Below, one piece after another: positions 41,030 through 52,134 of a DNA stretch of 64,000 bases. Positions within the stretch are counted from its first letter, which is position 1. Every line of letters starts with the position of its first letter. Origin of the DNA: a phage. Position numbers and translations under genes: made by a program. The notes under the pieces are model-generated. The model ran no database searches. It had not been told where the DNA came from and was given only the letters and a program-made list of their open reading frames with translations. The stretch lies in sequence record PQ327946.1. One strand, given 5' to 3'.

Positions 41030-41059
41030 ATTATACTCTGCTCCTGAGAGTTTGTAAAC
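41030..41059 (-). promoter_or_regulatory. early promoter
   Basis: TTTACA-N17-TATAAT; -10 hexamer lies inside inverted repeat GGAGCA/TGCTCC. Confidence 0.5.
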
Positions 41060-41283
41060 TATTTTACTAAAGATTCAATATACTCGTGAAGAGCTTTAGT
41101 CGCTACTGCCCACTTATTCTGATATTCATTTTTCAGATTAGCACGAGACTGAACTAACAATCGGTCATTAGTCGGAGGCAAAGATTCTAATCGTTGAATC
41201 TGGCGCCCATAAATCATAGCCGCCATTTCAGATTCATAGATAAGCCCTTTAATGTATTCATGTTGTTCTTTAGTCATTGGCAT
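41059..41283 (-). CDS. hypothetical protein (74 aa)
   Basis: ORF immediately downstream of spanin pair. Confidence 0.35.
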   Translation of the reverse strand: MPMTKEQHEYIKGLIYESEMAAMIYGRQIQRLESLPPTNDRLLVQSRANLKNEYQNKWAVATKALHEYIESLVK

Positions 41284-41564
41284 TTTTCCTCTTTTAAACC
41301 ACTACGATAATAACATATCATAGTCTTCTGGTCATGTACATATCTTTTTACATCGTTTAACCAGATACGAAATTCTTGAGAGTCTTCAAACGGCATTCCA
41401 ACCCACGGATTACCATCAATAACCTTTACTTGCCATTTCTGGTTATATTCAACAATAGATTCAGGCCATGGCGGATGTAAAGTTTCTTTAGGGCTTAAGG
41501 GCACATCCTGGGCACATCCAGCCAAAATACTAATAGATAATACAACTGCGGTTAATTTAATCAT
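41274..41564 (-). CDS. outer-membrane spanin (o-spanin) lipoprotein candidate
   Basis: 96 aa; signal peptide with lipobox LAGC; gene overlaps the upstream i-spanin-like gene by 4 nt. Confidence 0.6.
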   Translation of the reverse strand: MIKLTAVVLSISILAGCAQDVPLSPKETLHPPWPESIVEYNQKWQVKVIDGNPWVGMPFEDSQEFRIWLNDVKRYVHDQKTMICYYRSGLKEEKCQ

Positions 41565-41917
41565 TCTGAGAGCTTCCTGAGGTCTTCTGCAAAGGAATCG
41601 AAGGACCTGTTGATTTGTTTTTCGACCAATCCTGGTTTACTTGCCACCACGTTCTTCTTCTTCGAATCCTTACGGAGCTTTTCATTTTCGGCCTTAAGTT
41701 GGTCAACTAAAACACGGTTCTTATAAGTCATTTCTTCGATTGACTGATATTGAACCTTGAAGTCGTCTAATACTTTAGCATTGTTTTTAGCGGTCTCTTT
41801 GACAGAAGCTAATTCAGTATTCAACGAATCAACTTTGTTGTTTAAGACAACTATTGTTACCGTAGAAACTAGAGCAAAAGCTGCTACTATAGCATAAATC
41901 GGATTTACTTTAAGCAT
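41561..41917 (-). CDS. inner-membrane spanin (i-spanin) candidate
   Basis: 118 aa; N-terminal transmembrane helix followed by coiled-coil-like region; paired with downstream lipoprotein. Confidence 0.6.
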   Translation of the reverse strand: MLKVNPIYAIVAAFALVSTVTIVVLNNKVDSLNTELASVKETAKNNAKVLDDFKVQYQSIEEMTYKNRVLVDQLKAENEKLRKDSKKKNVVASKPGLVEKQINRSFDSFAEDLRKLSE

Positions 41918-42405
41918 GTTTTAATAATCTCAATGATTTCATCTCGGGATAATCCATTGATAAGAACGGTTTTCGGACCATCGCACTGGATTTTGTACGA
42001 TTCAAACAATACACACAACTCTTCTGCTGTATGATACGGACTTGAGATTCCGAGACGGTTGAATTTGTCGGTAAGAGGGTCGCAAATAATGTAGAATTTT
42101 ATACCTGCAATATGTACGTTTGGTTGACTAATATTAATGAATACATTAGCGTCATATTTAGTCAAATTGTTTTGAAGAAATTCTATCATGGCATTAACTG
42201 CTTCCGGCATCGCTTCACGTTTCTCTTCGGTGTAACGTGTTGAATATTCCTTTTGCTTTAACTTCTTTTTAGCATTTTTCGCTAGAGTAACACGTAGGTC
42301 AGTAAGATAACCAACTGGACGTCCTTTCTTAAAGACTCGGATTCCATCTGTAGAATCACCAAATGCTGCCACAACCATATCATTAGTAATCAATTGCATA
42401 TTCAT
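41905..42405 (-). CDS. alc: Alc-like protein (inhibitor of host transcription), start trimmed to MNMQLITND
   Basis: Position between spanins and rnlA as in T4; GAGGAG Shine-Dalgarno before the trimmed start; track ORF N-terminus overlaps an early promoter motif. Confidence 0.5.
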   Translation of the reverse strand: MNMQLITNDMVVAAFGDSTDGIRVFKKGRPVGYLTDLRVTLAKNAKKKLKQKEYSTRYTEEKREAMPEAVNAMIEFLQNNLTKYDANVFINISQPNVHIAGIKFYIICDPLTDKFNRLGISSPYHTAEELCVLFESYKIQCDGPKTVLINGLSRDEIIEIIKTCLK

Positions 42406-42435
42406 AATTTTCTCCTCGTGTTGTTGATAAAAACC

Positions 42436-42465
42436 ATAGTAACACCTTCCTTGGTGTTTGTAAAC
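42436..42465 (-). promoter_or_regulatory. early promoter for alc
   Basis: GTTTAC-N18-TACTAT between rnlA stop and the trimmed alc start. Confidence 0.5.
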
Positions 42466-42467
42466 CA

Positions 42468-43601
<1,134 letters not shown>

Positions 43602-43618
43602 TCAGTTAGTTTTTTTAA

Positions 43619-43648
43619 ATTGTACCACAATCCTTGTGGCATGTAAAC
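43619..43648 (-). promoter_or_regulatory. early promoter for rnlA
   Basis: GTTTAC-N18-TACAAT; palindrome CCACAAGGATTGTGG in spacer. Confidence 0.45.
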
Positions 43649-44058
43649 TACTTTTTCTTATGTTGGATATTCCAAGGCGGGTTGAACTTTTTGATAAAAA
43701 GCGGTTCTTCAAGGTCCATTGTTGCGATGGTCATTGAACCAAGTTCGTTGGTGACTGAAAGGTCAAAACATTGGCGGGCCCAGAATTCAACCTTTTTGCC
43801 TTGCATTAAGGCATCCAAAATCATAAGTGATTTTCTTGAATCTGAAGTCTGGTCTTTTCGATTTATGGCTGTTCGATAATAGTTAATGCGTTTCTTTAAA
43901 TTCTTGGTTTTACCAATATACACAAGTTCGTCATCTATAGCAATAGCGTATATGACATTTTTCTTATTAGGGACATCAACTGTTTTAATTGTTGCATCTT
44001 CTAATAGCTCCAATTCTGTATATTTAATAAAGGAATATTCGGCGGCAATATCTTTCAT
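43648..44058 (-). CDS. denA: endonuclease II (DenA)
   Basis: 136 aa; closely matches T4 DenA as recalled (EYSFIKYTELEL..VIYAIAI.DELVYIGKTKNL.KRINYYRTAINRKD). Confidence 0.85.
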   Translation of the reverse strand: MKDIAAEYSFIKYTELELLEDATIKTVDVPNKKNVIYAIAIDDELVYIGKTKNLKKRINYYRTAINRKDQTSDSRKSLMILDALMQGKKVEFWARQCFDLSVTNELGSMTIATMDLEEPLFIKKFNPPWNIQHKKK

Positions 44059-44084
44059 AATAAAGTGGGACCGAAGTCCCGTCC

Positions 44085-45275
44085 TTAGAAATATTTTTTG
44101 TATGAATTGATTACATTTTGGTCTACATCATTATCAATTTGTGCGACAAGATAAGAACTGATTTCAACTTCTTGAGGAGCTGCTTGAACTAAATCAGAGT
44201 TCAGATATTCACGAATCCAAGGATACGGATGCTTGGTCGGAGCATCAGTGATTGGGCATGGCAAACCGCACTGTTTCATACGAGACACAGTCAAGTAATC
44301 AACAAAAGCACACATACTCTGCGTATTGATACCTGGACATGTACCATCTTTAAAGAGGTGTGCAGCCCATTCCTTCTCTTGACTATTTACTTCCATAAAG
44401 ATATCTACTGCTTCTTGCTCACACTCTTTAGCAATTTGAACCCATTCATCCCCATCAACGCCAAGTTGGAGCTGTCGAATAATGTACTGAGTGCCTTTAA
44501 GGTGGAGTTGTTCGTCACGAGCGATGAACTTCATAATCTTTGCATTACCTTCCATGATTTCCATGTTCTTATGGAAGTTGAAAGTACATGCAAAAGATAC
44601 ATAAAAACGAATAGCTTCTAAGGCGTTAATAACGTGTAAGCAGAGATAAAGAGACTTCATTAATGCACGTTTACATTCTTCCACATGCATAAGACTATTT
44701 GAATATGCATCCAAATCATATTCATTTTCGGAAAAACATTTAAAAATTTCTTTAGCATTTTCCCATTCACGTGTTTTAACTAGAATATCATCATAATATT
44801 TGCCGATTGATTCCGCACGTTTCATGATTGCTTCGTCTAATACAATTTCATCAAATACCTTAGATGGATCCGTATAAAGATTTCGCATAATATGAGTATA
44901 CGAACGAGAGTGAATAGTTTCACTGAATGTCCATGTTGCAACCCACGTATCTAATGAAGGGTCGGAAATCAGTGCCATAAGTACCGCAGATGGGGCCCTG
45001 CCTTGGATAGAATCTAATAATGATTGATACTTAAGATTGTTTGTAAAGATGTCCTGTTGGAACTGAGGAAGCTTATTGAACTGCGCAGAGTCCAACATCA
45101 AGTTTACCTCTTCTGGGCGCCAAAAAAACGAGAGCTGACGTTCAATAAGTTCTTCAAAAACTTTATGACGCTGAATATCATAACGTGCGAGACCAAGACC
45201 AGAACCAAAGAACATCGGCTCATTCAAAACATCGACTTGTTGTGTGTTAAAAACTGTACTCATTATATTTCTCAC
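44085..45275 (-). CDS. nrdB: ribonucleotide reductase small subunit NrdB, uninterrupted
   Basis: 396 aa continuous ORF; no intron-sized interruption. Confidence 0.9.
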   Translation of the reverse strand: MRNIMSTVFNTQQVDVLNEPMFFGSGLGLARYDIQRHKVFEELIERQLSFFWRPEEVNLMLDSAQFNKLPQFQQDIFTNNLKYQSLLDSIQGRAPSAVLMALISDPSLDTWVATWTFSETIHSRSYTHIMRNLYTDPSKVFDEIVLDEAIMKRAESIGKYYDDILVKTREWENAKEIFKCFSENEYDLDAYSNSLMHVEECKRALMKSLYLCLHVINALEAIRFYVSFACTFNFHKNMEIMEGNAKIMKFIARDEQLHLKGTQYIIRQLQLGVDGDEWVQIAKECEQEAVDIFMEVNSQEKEWAAHLFKDGTCPGINTQSMCAFVDYLTVSRMKQCGLPCPITDAPTKHPYPWIREYLNSDLVQAAPQEVEISSYLVAQIDNDVDQNVINSYKKYF

Positions 45276-45315
45276 TTAGTTTAACTCATCCATGAGTAAA
45301 TTATAATCAAAAGTC

Positions 45316-46305
45316 TTAAAGCTTACAAGCAGAACAATCTTCAGCTTTAGGTGTTTCTAATTCATAGTCATCTGTACCTGACCCATCACGAGTGTTATGA
45401 TAGTAGAGGTTTTTTCCGCCAAAGTACCAGAAGTAAAGCAGATCGTCAAGCATTACCGACATTGGCACTTTACCTTTCTCAAATACTGCAGGGTCATAGT
45501 AAGTATTAGCAGAAGCAGATTGGCATACCCATTTCAACATGATAGCAACTTGGGTCAAATAAGGTTTATTACCTTTCTTAGCAAGTTTCCACGCATAGTC
45601 GTAAAGACTCATGTTATGTTCGATATTAGGAACAACCTGTCGGAAGTTGCCTTCTTTAGATTCTTTAATACTTACTGGACCACGTGGGGGCTCAATCCCG
45701 TTTGTAGAGTTCGATACTTGACTGCTTGACTCACAAGGCATGAGTGCAGACAACGTTGAGTTACGAATTCCGTGTTCTTTGAGTTCAGCTCGAAGTTCTT
45801 CCCAGTCACAGACGTAGTTCGGGGCTGCGATTTGGTCAATTTTTTTATTGTACCAGTCGATAGGTAATTCGCCTCTAGACCATTTAGTGTCTGAATAATA
45901 CTCACAAGGTCCTTTTTCTTTGGCGAGTTTGATTGAAGCTCGGATAAGCCCATATTGTAATCTCTCAAACAGTTCATGAGTTAAATCGTTTGCGTCTTCA
46001 TAAGAAGCAAAGTTGCTTGCTAACCATGCAGCATAGTTCGTAACACCAACACCGAGGTTTCGACGCTTTTTAGCTTTTAAAGCTTCTGGAACCGGATAAT
46101 CTTGATAGTCTAACAGGTTATCAAGTGCACGTACTTGTACTTCAGCAAGTTCATTAATTTTATCTTGGTCTTGCCAATCAAATTTATCAAGAACAAAGGC
46201 AGAAAGAGTGCAGAGGCCCACTTCACCTTTGTTTTCAATAACTTGTATTGTTGTATACTCATCATCTTCGTAAAATTCATCTACAAATTCATAATCAATA
46301 TTCAT
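45316..46305 (-). CDS. nrdA: ribonucleotide reductase large subunit, C-terminal fragment (nrdA-b)
   Basis: 329 aa; covers the NrdA region from GLCTLSAF to the C-terminal CxxC tail (NSTLSALMPCESSSQ, CSACKL). Confidence 0.85.
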   Translation of the reverse strand: MNIDYEFVDEFYEDDEYTTIQVIENKGEVGLCTLSAFVLDKFDWQDQDKINELAEVQVRALDNLLDYQDYPVPEALKAKKRRNLGVGVTNYAAWLASNFASYEDANDLTHELFERLQYGLIRASIKLAKEKGPCEYYSDTKWSRGELPIDWYNKKIDQIAAPNYVCDWEELRAELKEHGIRNSTLSALMPCESSSQVSNSTNGIEPPRGPVSIKESKEGNFRQVVPNIEHNMSLYDYAWKLAKKGNKPYLTQVAIMLKWVCQSASANTYYDPAVFEKGKVPMSVMLDDLLYFWYFGGKNLYYHNTRDGSGTDDYELETPKAEDCSACKL

Positions 46306-47005
46306 TTAATTCTTCTACCTTTTTTCGAGATATTCCTAGAGCTTTAGATGCTCGATGTATTGATTGATATTCTATACCGTTTATTTTTACAGCAATTAAG
46401 TTATGGGGTTTTAATCCCTTTGGATGAGGTTTACTGACGTATTCTTGATTATCGTTTTCAGAGATATTATCAAGCTTTCGACACTTAAAGCCTTTATGTT
46501 GAGACCTTTTGCCTTTGCATACGGCCGACATTGCCGAAGCATTGAGTGAATGTAGTTCGCAAAATTCTCTTAGGCCTTTATGGATTTCTTCATGACCGTC
46601 TGGGAAAGTAAATACCCAAGTTGTTTGAAGTTTTTCTCTATGCTCGTCAGTTACCGGAATACCTTTGTTCCAAGCTGGTTTGCCTTTATTATTTTCAGAT
46701 ACAGAAATAGCCAATTTTCTTCTAAGCCACCCATGGCGTTTATTGGTGTTCTTTCGTTCAATATTATCTTCAGAATAAACACACATCATATTAGCGGCAA
46801 ATACCAATTTATAATTATCTGGATATATCTTTACTAATAATTGATGAGCTATGTAATGCTCTTCGGGTGTCAAATCTACCAGGTTTTCCTTTGTATCAGA
46901 ACCACCAATACACAGAGGTATAATATGGTGTGATTCGGTATAGCAATCTAATTTTCTGTTCTTAGCTTTAGAAATAAGGTTATTGTAAATTTTAGAATAA
47001 TCCAT
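46295..47005 (-). CDS. HNH homing endonuclease (MobE-like) inserted within nrdA
   Basis: 236 aa; HNH motif ESHHIIPLCIGGSDTKENLVDLTPEEHYIAHQLL; lies between the two nrdA fragments. Confidence 0.8.
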   Translation of the reverse strand: MDYSKIYNNLISKAKNRKLDCYTESHHIIPLCIGGSDTKENLVDLTPEEHYIAHQLLVKIYPDNYKLVFAANMMCVYSEDNIERKNTNKRHGWLRRKLAISVSENNKGKPAWNKGIPVTDEHREKLQTTWVFTFPDGHEEIHKGLREFCELHSLNASAMSAVCKGKRSQHKGFKCRKLDNISENDNQEYVSKPHPKGLKPHNLIAVKINGIEYQSIHRASKALGISRKKVEELNEY

Positions 47006-47050
47006 AACTTTTCCTCTTGTTATGGATTATTTATTAACGGTCTGTGTACT

Positions 47051-48475
47051 TTATTTGCTTTGAATTATACCGCCAGGATTAGCTTCATAAAACTTAGCTA
47101 CATCCGACTTCTTAATTTTGATTAAACGGGTTTGTTGGCTATTCACATCATTAGTTGGAATAGCGATTTCACAACATAAGTTACTCTGACGAATTGGAGC
47201 TTTTTCACGAATAAATGGAGTGTAGTTATTCGTGTTATCAACAAACTGTGGATAAATTCGAGCAGTACCAGAACGTTCAGTCATGAACAATTCAAAGAGT
47301 TCTAGTGCTTTGATTCTTTTCTTTCTGATTGTTGGGTCTTTTTCAGCTTTCTCATAAAGCTCACGGAATTTATCTTGGTCTTCAAAGAACGAGTAGTATA
47401 GTTCGCCTGACATTTCGTGAGGGCTAAATAAAGTAATATAATCATTTTTACCAAGGCGTTCCATCATAAGGTCATTAATCTGAATTCCGTAGTCCATATG
47501 ACGAATACGGTTTTCATCCACACCTTTGTTATTTTTCAGAACTAATAGGTTCTCTACTTCTAAGTGCCACATCGGATAATACGCTGTAGCAGCACCACCA
47601 CGAATACCACCTTGAGAACAAGATTTTACTGCAGTTTGGAAATGTTTCCAGAATGGAATAACACCTGTATGTCGAACTTCACCCATACCGATCTTAGAAC
47701 CTTCTGCACGAAGCATACCAACGTTGATACCGATACCAGCTCGTTTAGAAATATATTCAATAATTGATGCTGAAGTTTTGTTAATAGATTTTAACGAATC
47801 ACCTGCTTCAATAACTACACAACTAGAGAACTGGCGAGTCGGAGTACGAGCACCTGCCATAATTGGGGTAGGCAATGAAACTTGATGAGTAGAAACGGCA
47901 TCATAAAAACGAATAATATGTTTCAAACGGTCATGAGTTTCGTCTTGGTGTAAGGCCATACCAATAGCCATGATAGCAAACTGTGGAGTTTCATAAATCT
48001 TCCCAGTTGTTTTATCTTTAACTAGATATTTTTCTTTAAGCTGCATAGCACCAGCATAAGTCAGGTCAAAATCTCGTTCATGTTTAATCTGTGAATCGAG
48101 ATAAATGATTTCTTCTGCTGAATATTGAGACAACAGCTCAGGGTCGTATTTGCCTTCATTAACACAGTAAGAAATATGGTCGATAAAAGCAGGCGGTTCA
48201 AACTGTCCGTATACATCTTTACGAAGTGCAAACATTAGCCCTTTGGCTGCGACATACTGATAATCAGGTTCTTCGACAGAAATCGAGTTAGCTGCAACTT
48301 TAATACAAATCTTCTGAATATCTTTGGTGCTCATCCCGTCGACAAGATGGGTCTTAATTTCTTCGTACAATTCATATGGGTCAATTTGTGTTCCTTCACA
48401 TTGCCAAGTTAAGACTTGAATAATTTTCTGTGCATCAAAATTTTGGGATACCCCACTGCTCTTAGTTACTTGCAT
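47051..48475 (-). CDS. nrdA: ribonucleotide reductase large subunit, N-terminal fragment (nrdA-a)
   Basis: 474 aa; ATP-cone and catalytic region through active-site motif SNLCCEI, then a 29-aa non-homologous tail and stop. Confidence 0.85.
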   Translation of the reverse strand: MQVTKSSGVSQNFDAQKIIQVLTWQCEGTQIDPYELYEEIKTHLVDGMSTKDIQKICIKVAANSISVEEPDYQYVAAKGLMFALRKDVYGQFEPPAFIDHISYCVNEGKYDPELLSQYSAEEIIYLDSQIKHERDFDLTYAGAMQLKEKYLVKDKTTGKIYETPQFAIMAIGMALHQDETHDRLKHIIRFYDAVSTHQVSLPTPIMAGARTPTRQFSSCVVIEAGDSLKSINKTSASIIEYISKRAGIGINVGMLRAEGSKIGMGEVRHTGVIPFWKHFQTAVKSCSQGGIRGGAATAYYPMWHLEVENLLVLKNNKGVDENRIRHMDYGIQINDLMMERLGKNDYITLFSPHEMSGELYYSFFEDQDKFRELYEKAEKDPTIRKKRIKALELFELFMTERSGTARIYPQFVDNTNNYTPFIREKAPIRQSNLCCEIAIPTNDVNSQQTRLIKIKKSDVAKFYEANPGGIIQSK

Positions 48476-48771
48476 ATGTCCTCTATATTAAATTCATCTT
48501 TAAAAAGTTTATTAACCACTAGAGCTATTATATCACCATGACAGGCTTTTGGTTTACATGTGCATCCTAATCGCATCCCACGTAAAGGTTCAAGATGAGC
48601 TTTTGTGATTTCTCCACTTCTAATTCTTTTAATAAAATCCTTTTTGAAAAGCTCAATAGCTTCTTCTCGAGAAGAGGCATCCTTGCCTACATAATTTCCC
48701 CAGAATGTGCCACGATGAATATTAACATCAAAATCTGATTTGTATTTATTCACTACGCGGCATATTTTCAT
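48466..48771 (-). CDS. hypothetical cysteine-motif protein (101 aa)
   Basis: ORF with GCTCKPKACHGD motif (possible metal site). Confidence 0.4.
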   Translation of the reverse strand: MKICRVVNKYKSDFDVNIHRGTFWGNYVGKDASSREEAIELFKKDFIKRIRSGEITKAHLEPLRGMRLGCTCKPKACHGDIIALVVNKLFKDEFNIEDICK

Positions 48772-48989
48772 GTTACGTCAACCTCAAACCAACAGTCATA
48801 AACATTATCCAAAAGATTATGCTTATTATATTCATACACCTTTGTAACAGAGAGAACTCTCTCTTCAAAGCCGTCAACATTAATTGTCTCAGTTTTAATA
48901 GGGAGCTCAAGAGGATTAGCATTATAAAGTTCAGCTAACACCTTTTTACTACCATGTCCTTTACGAACAATACGAATATTGATACCCAT
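48768..48989 (-). CDS. hypothetical protein (73 aa)
   Basis: ORF coupled in nrdA-td interval. Confidence 0.3.
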   Translation of the reverse strand: MGINIRIVRKGHGSKKVLAELYNANPLELPIKTETINVDGFEERVLSVTKVYEYNKHNLLDNVYDCWFEVDVT

Positions 48990-49237
48990 TAGTTACGTTC
49001 CAATTCTTCGTATTCTTTAGGTGTCAAGACTGTGATATCGAAATAAACCAACGGTTCTTTTTCTATACCGTAACCACCACAAAATTCACGATATTCATAA
49101 ATTCGTTCGTGTGAATAGCAAATGAATCGTTCACCTTTAACTGTGATTTCACTATTCGGTGAAGGGATATCCAGTTCGGTAGGATTTTTCATTTCAAAAA
49201 TTGTGGTGCCGTATGAATTAATAAAACGTAAAATCAT
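48989..49237 (-). CDS. hypothetical protein (82 aa)
   Basis: ORF coupled in nrdA-td interval. Confidence 0.3.
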   Translation of the reverse strand: MILRFINSYGTTIFEMKNPTELDIPSPNSEITVKGERFICYSHERIYEYREFCGGYGIEKEPLVYFDITVLTPKEYEELERN

Positions 49238-49238
49238 T

Positions 49239-50099
49239 TTATACCGCCATTTTAGCTTTGATAGCTGGATGTGATTCGTAATTTTTAAGAATAAAGTCTT
49301 TAGGACGAAGTTTTAATACATATTCAATTTGTTCTTCGGTTGATAGATGTCTAAATTTGTATGGTAATCCGTTAATAACTAATTCACACAGTTCTTTAGG
49401 CTCACGACGTAAAACTTCTTTGCATTGCTCTACGTGGTTGCTGTAGATATGCGTATTGCCGCCTGAGAACACTAAATCACCTGGGATAAGGTTACACATC
49501 TTCGCTACAATATGTGTCAAGGCAGCGTACGAGGCAATGTTGAACGGCAAACCCAAGAAAACATCGACACTGCGTTGATACCATTGTAAATCAAGATGAC
49601 CATTACGCACATTGAACTGATAGAACATATGGCAAGGAGGAAGTGCCATTTGATTTATTTCAGCTGGATTCCAGGCAGAAACAATTTGACGACGATCAGT
49701 TGGTAATTTTTTAATACGGTCGATTGTTTCAACTAATTGGTCTACACCGCCGAAATCACGCCATTGTTTACCATATATAGGACCAAGTTCACCGCTATGG
49801 TACCCAAGGTCTTTTGCCTGATTTTCGTAATTATCGTCCCAAATAGTTTTACCTTCAATTAGACTACCATGGGTACGAAGACGTAATTCGTTAACATTAG
49901 TAGAACCGGACATGAACCACAGTAGTTCGGCAATACAAGCTTTCCATGCTAATTTCTTAGTTGTTACTGCAGGGAATCCTTTAGTCAGGTCCCAACGTAA
50001 TTTAGTTCCGAACAGGGCAATTGTTCCTGTGCCTGTACGGTCGTCTGTTTCATAGCCGTTTTCAAGGATATTTTTAATTAAATCTTGATATTGTTTCAT
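49239..50099 (-). CDS. td: thymidylate synthase, uninterrupted
   Basis: 286 aa continuous ORF with active-site region ALPPCHMFYQF. Confidence 0.9.
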   Translation of the reverse strand: MKQYQDLIKNILENGYETDDRTGTGTIALFGTKLRWDLTKGFPAVTTKKLAWKACIAELLWFMSGSTNVNELRLRTHGSLIEGKTIWDDNYENQAKDLGYHSGELGPIYGKQWRDFGGVDQLVETIDRIKKLPTDRRQIVSAWNPAEINQMALPPCHMFYQFNVRNGHLDLQWYQRSVDVFLGLPFNIASYAALTHIVAKMCNLIPGDLVFSGGNTHIYSNHVEQCKEVLRREPKELCELVINGLPYKFRHLSTEEQIEYVLKLRPKDFILKNYESHPAIKAKMAV

Positions 50100-50112
50100 T
50101 TAGCACCTATAA

Positions 50113-51070
<958 letters not shown>

Positions 51071-51352
51071 TCAAAACCCCTTTTCAATAAACCATTCAGT
51101 GGCTTTATTAGCGTCAAAGAATAACTCTTCATATGTCTTTTCTTTGTTTTCAAAAACTGTCACACAAACACGTTGACATTCTCCGCAGTATTCTTCTGAC
51201 ATACTCAAAGCGTCAGAAAACATTTCATTAAATTCACTTAAATCGGGATTATGCAATGCGTTAAAAATTGCATAATCGAATTCGTCATTCATAAATTCAA
51301 ATACAAAAATCATATTATTTTTCCTCAAACAGACTTTTTCACAATTTTCCAA
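51071..51352 (-). CDS. hypothetical protein (frd.1-like, 93 aa)
   Basis: ORF. Confidence 0.35.
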   Translation of the reverse strand: MENCEKVCLRKNNMIFVFEFMNDEFDYAIFNALHNPDLSEFNEMFSDALSMSEEYCGECQRVCVTVFENKEKTYEELFFDANKATEWFIEKGF

Positions 51353-51582
51353 TCAGCTTTAAACGATTCAATGTCAGAGTGGTAAATCCAGAATCCTGCA
51401 CTTTCACCATCTTCATAGAGTGGACATCCATCGCATTCATCTTCCCAACCCATATCGCGTAAAAGATGTTCAGCTTTTTCAACAAGTTCAGCGTCTTTAC
51501 CGACGATGTTGAAGTACCATTTACCTCTAACTTCAGAATCTTTGATGCTCTGGCGTTGCAATCTCATTTTATTCTCCTTCAC
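51325..51582 (-). CDS. hypothetical protein (frd.2-like, 85 aa)
   Basis: ORF. Confidence 0.35.
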   Translation of the reverse strand: MKENKMRLQRQSIKDSEVRGKWYFNIVGKDAELVEKAEHLLRDMGWEDECDGCPLYEDGESAGFWIYHSDIESFKADWKIVKKSV

Positions 51583-51628
51583 TTTTATTTGATAGGGCTA
51601 CTATAACATAGCCCTATCTTGTTATAAA

Positions 51629-52021
51629 CTACTTTTTAAAAGTTTTTTGCAAAAGTTTGATGATTTCGTCGACGTTGGTTTCGTCTACGATACAATGGAT
51701 TTTTGTTACACCTAAAGTTATACCTTCGTTAGTAGGTTGAGGCTTTACTAAATCTACCTCAATAAAGTATTTGAACTCGTCAGGATAAATCTCAAAATAA
51801 GTTTCAATTCCACCACCGGCAGAACATACAGTACCATCTTCCATAGTTACACTTACTACGTTTGACGTATCGCTATCATAATCAGGTTCCATTCCGTTTA
51901 CAACAAAACTAGGCCCGTGGAGTTCAATTAATTTTAACATCTTAGCGTTATTGTGTGGTGCTTCTTGAACAAAGTCGTCTTTAAATAAAGGGTTAATGAT
52001 ATAAGATTTTCCGATTTCCAT
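51629..52021 (-). CDS. hypothetical protein (frd.3-like, 130 aa)
   Basis: ORF with early promoter motif upstream. Confidence 0.4.
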   Translation of the reverse strand: MEIGKSYIINPLFKDDFVQEAPHNNAKMLKLIELHGPSFVVNGMEPDYDSDTSNVVSVTMEDGTVCSAGGGIETYFEIYPDEFKYFIEVDLVKPQPTNEGITLGVTKIHCIVDETNVDEIIKLLQKTFKK

Positions 52022-52049
52022 TTTGATTTCCTCATGTTGTTGATAAGTC

Positions 52050-52078
52050 TATAGTATCATGTTTAAAGGAAAAGTAAA
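52050..52078 (-). promoter_or_regulatory. early promoter for the frd.3-like operon
   Basis: GTTTAC-N17-TACTAT just downstream of the gene 32 terminator. Confidence 0.5.
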
Positions 52079-52103
52079 CAACTTTTTCGGTAATTTACAG
52101 ATA

Positions 52104-52128
52104 CTCAAAAGGGAGACCGAAGTCTCCC
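52104..52128 (-). terminator. terminator after gene 32
   Basis: Identical hairpin GGGAGAC-UUCG-GUCUCCC followed by UUUUG. Confidence 0.65.
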
Positions 52129-52134
52129 AATTTA

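Noticed and set aside
46981-47005. Frameshift at the start of the HNH endonuclease gene
   Set aside because: My hand count put the ATG one nucleotide away from the track coordinate, but the track translation is continuous over 236 aa; I attribute this to a counting error and use the track coordinates.
46295-47051. Group I intron in nrdA carrying the HNH ORF
   Set aside because: Only 45 nt lie upstream of the HNH gene and it overlaps the nrdA-b start, leaving no room for an intron catalytic core; both nrdA pieces have their own start or stop and non-homologous extensions.
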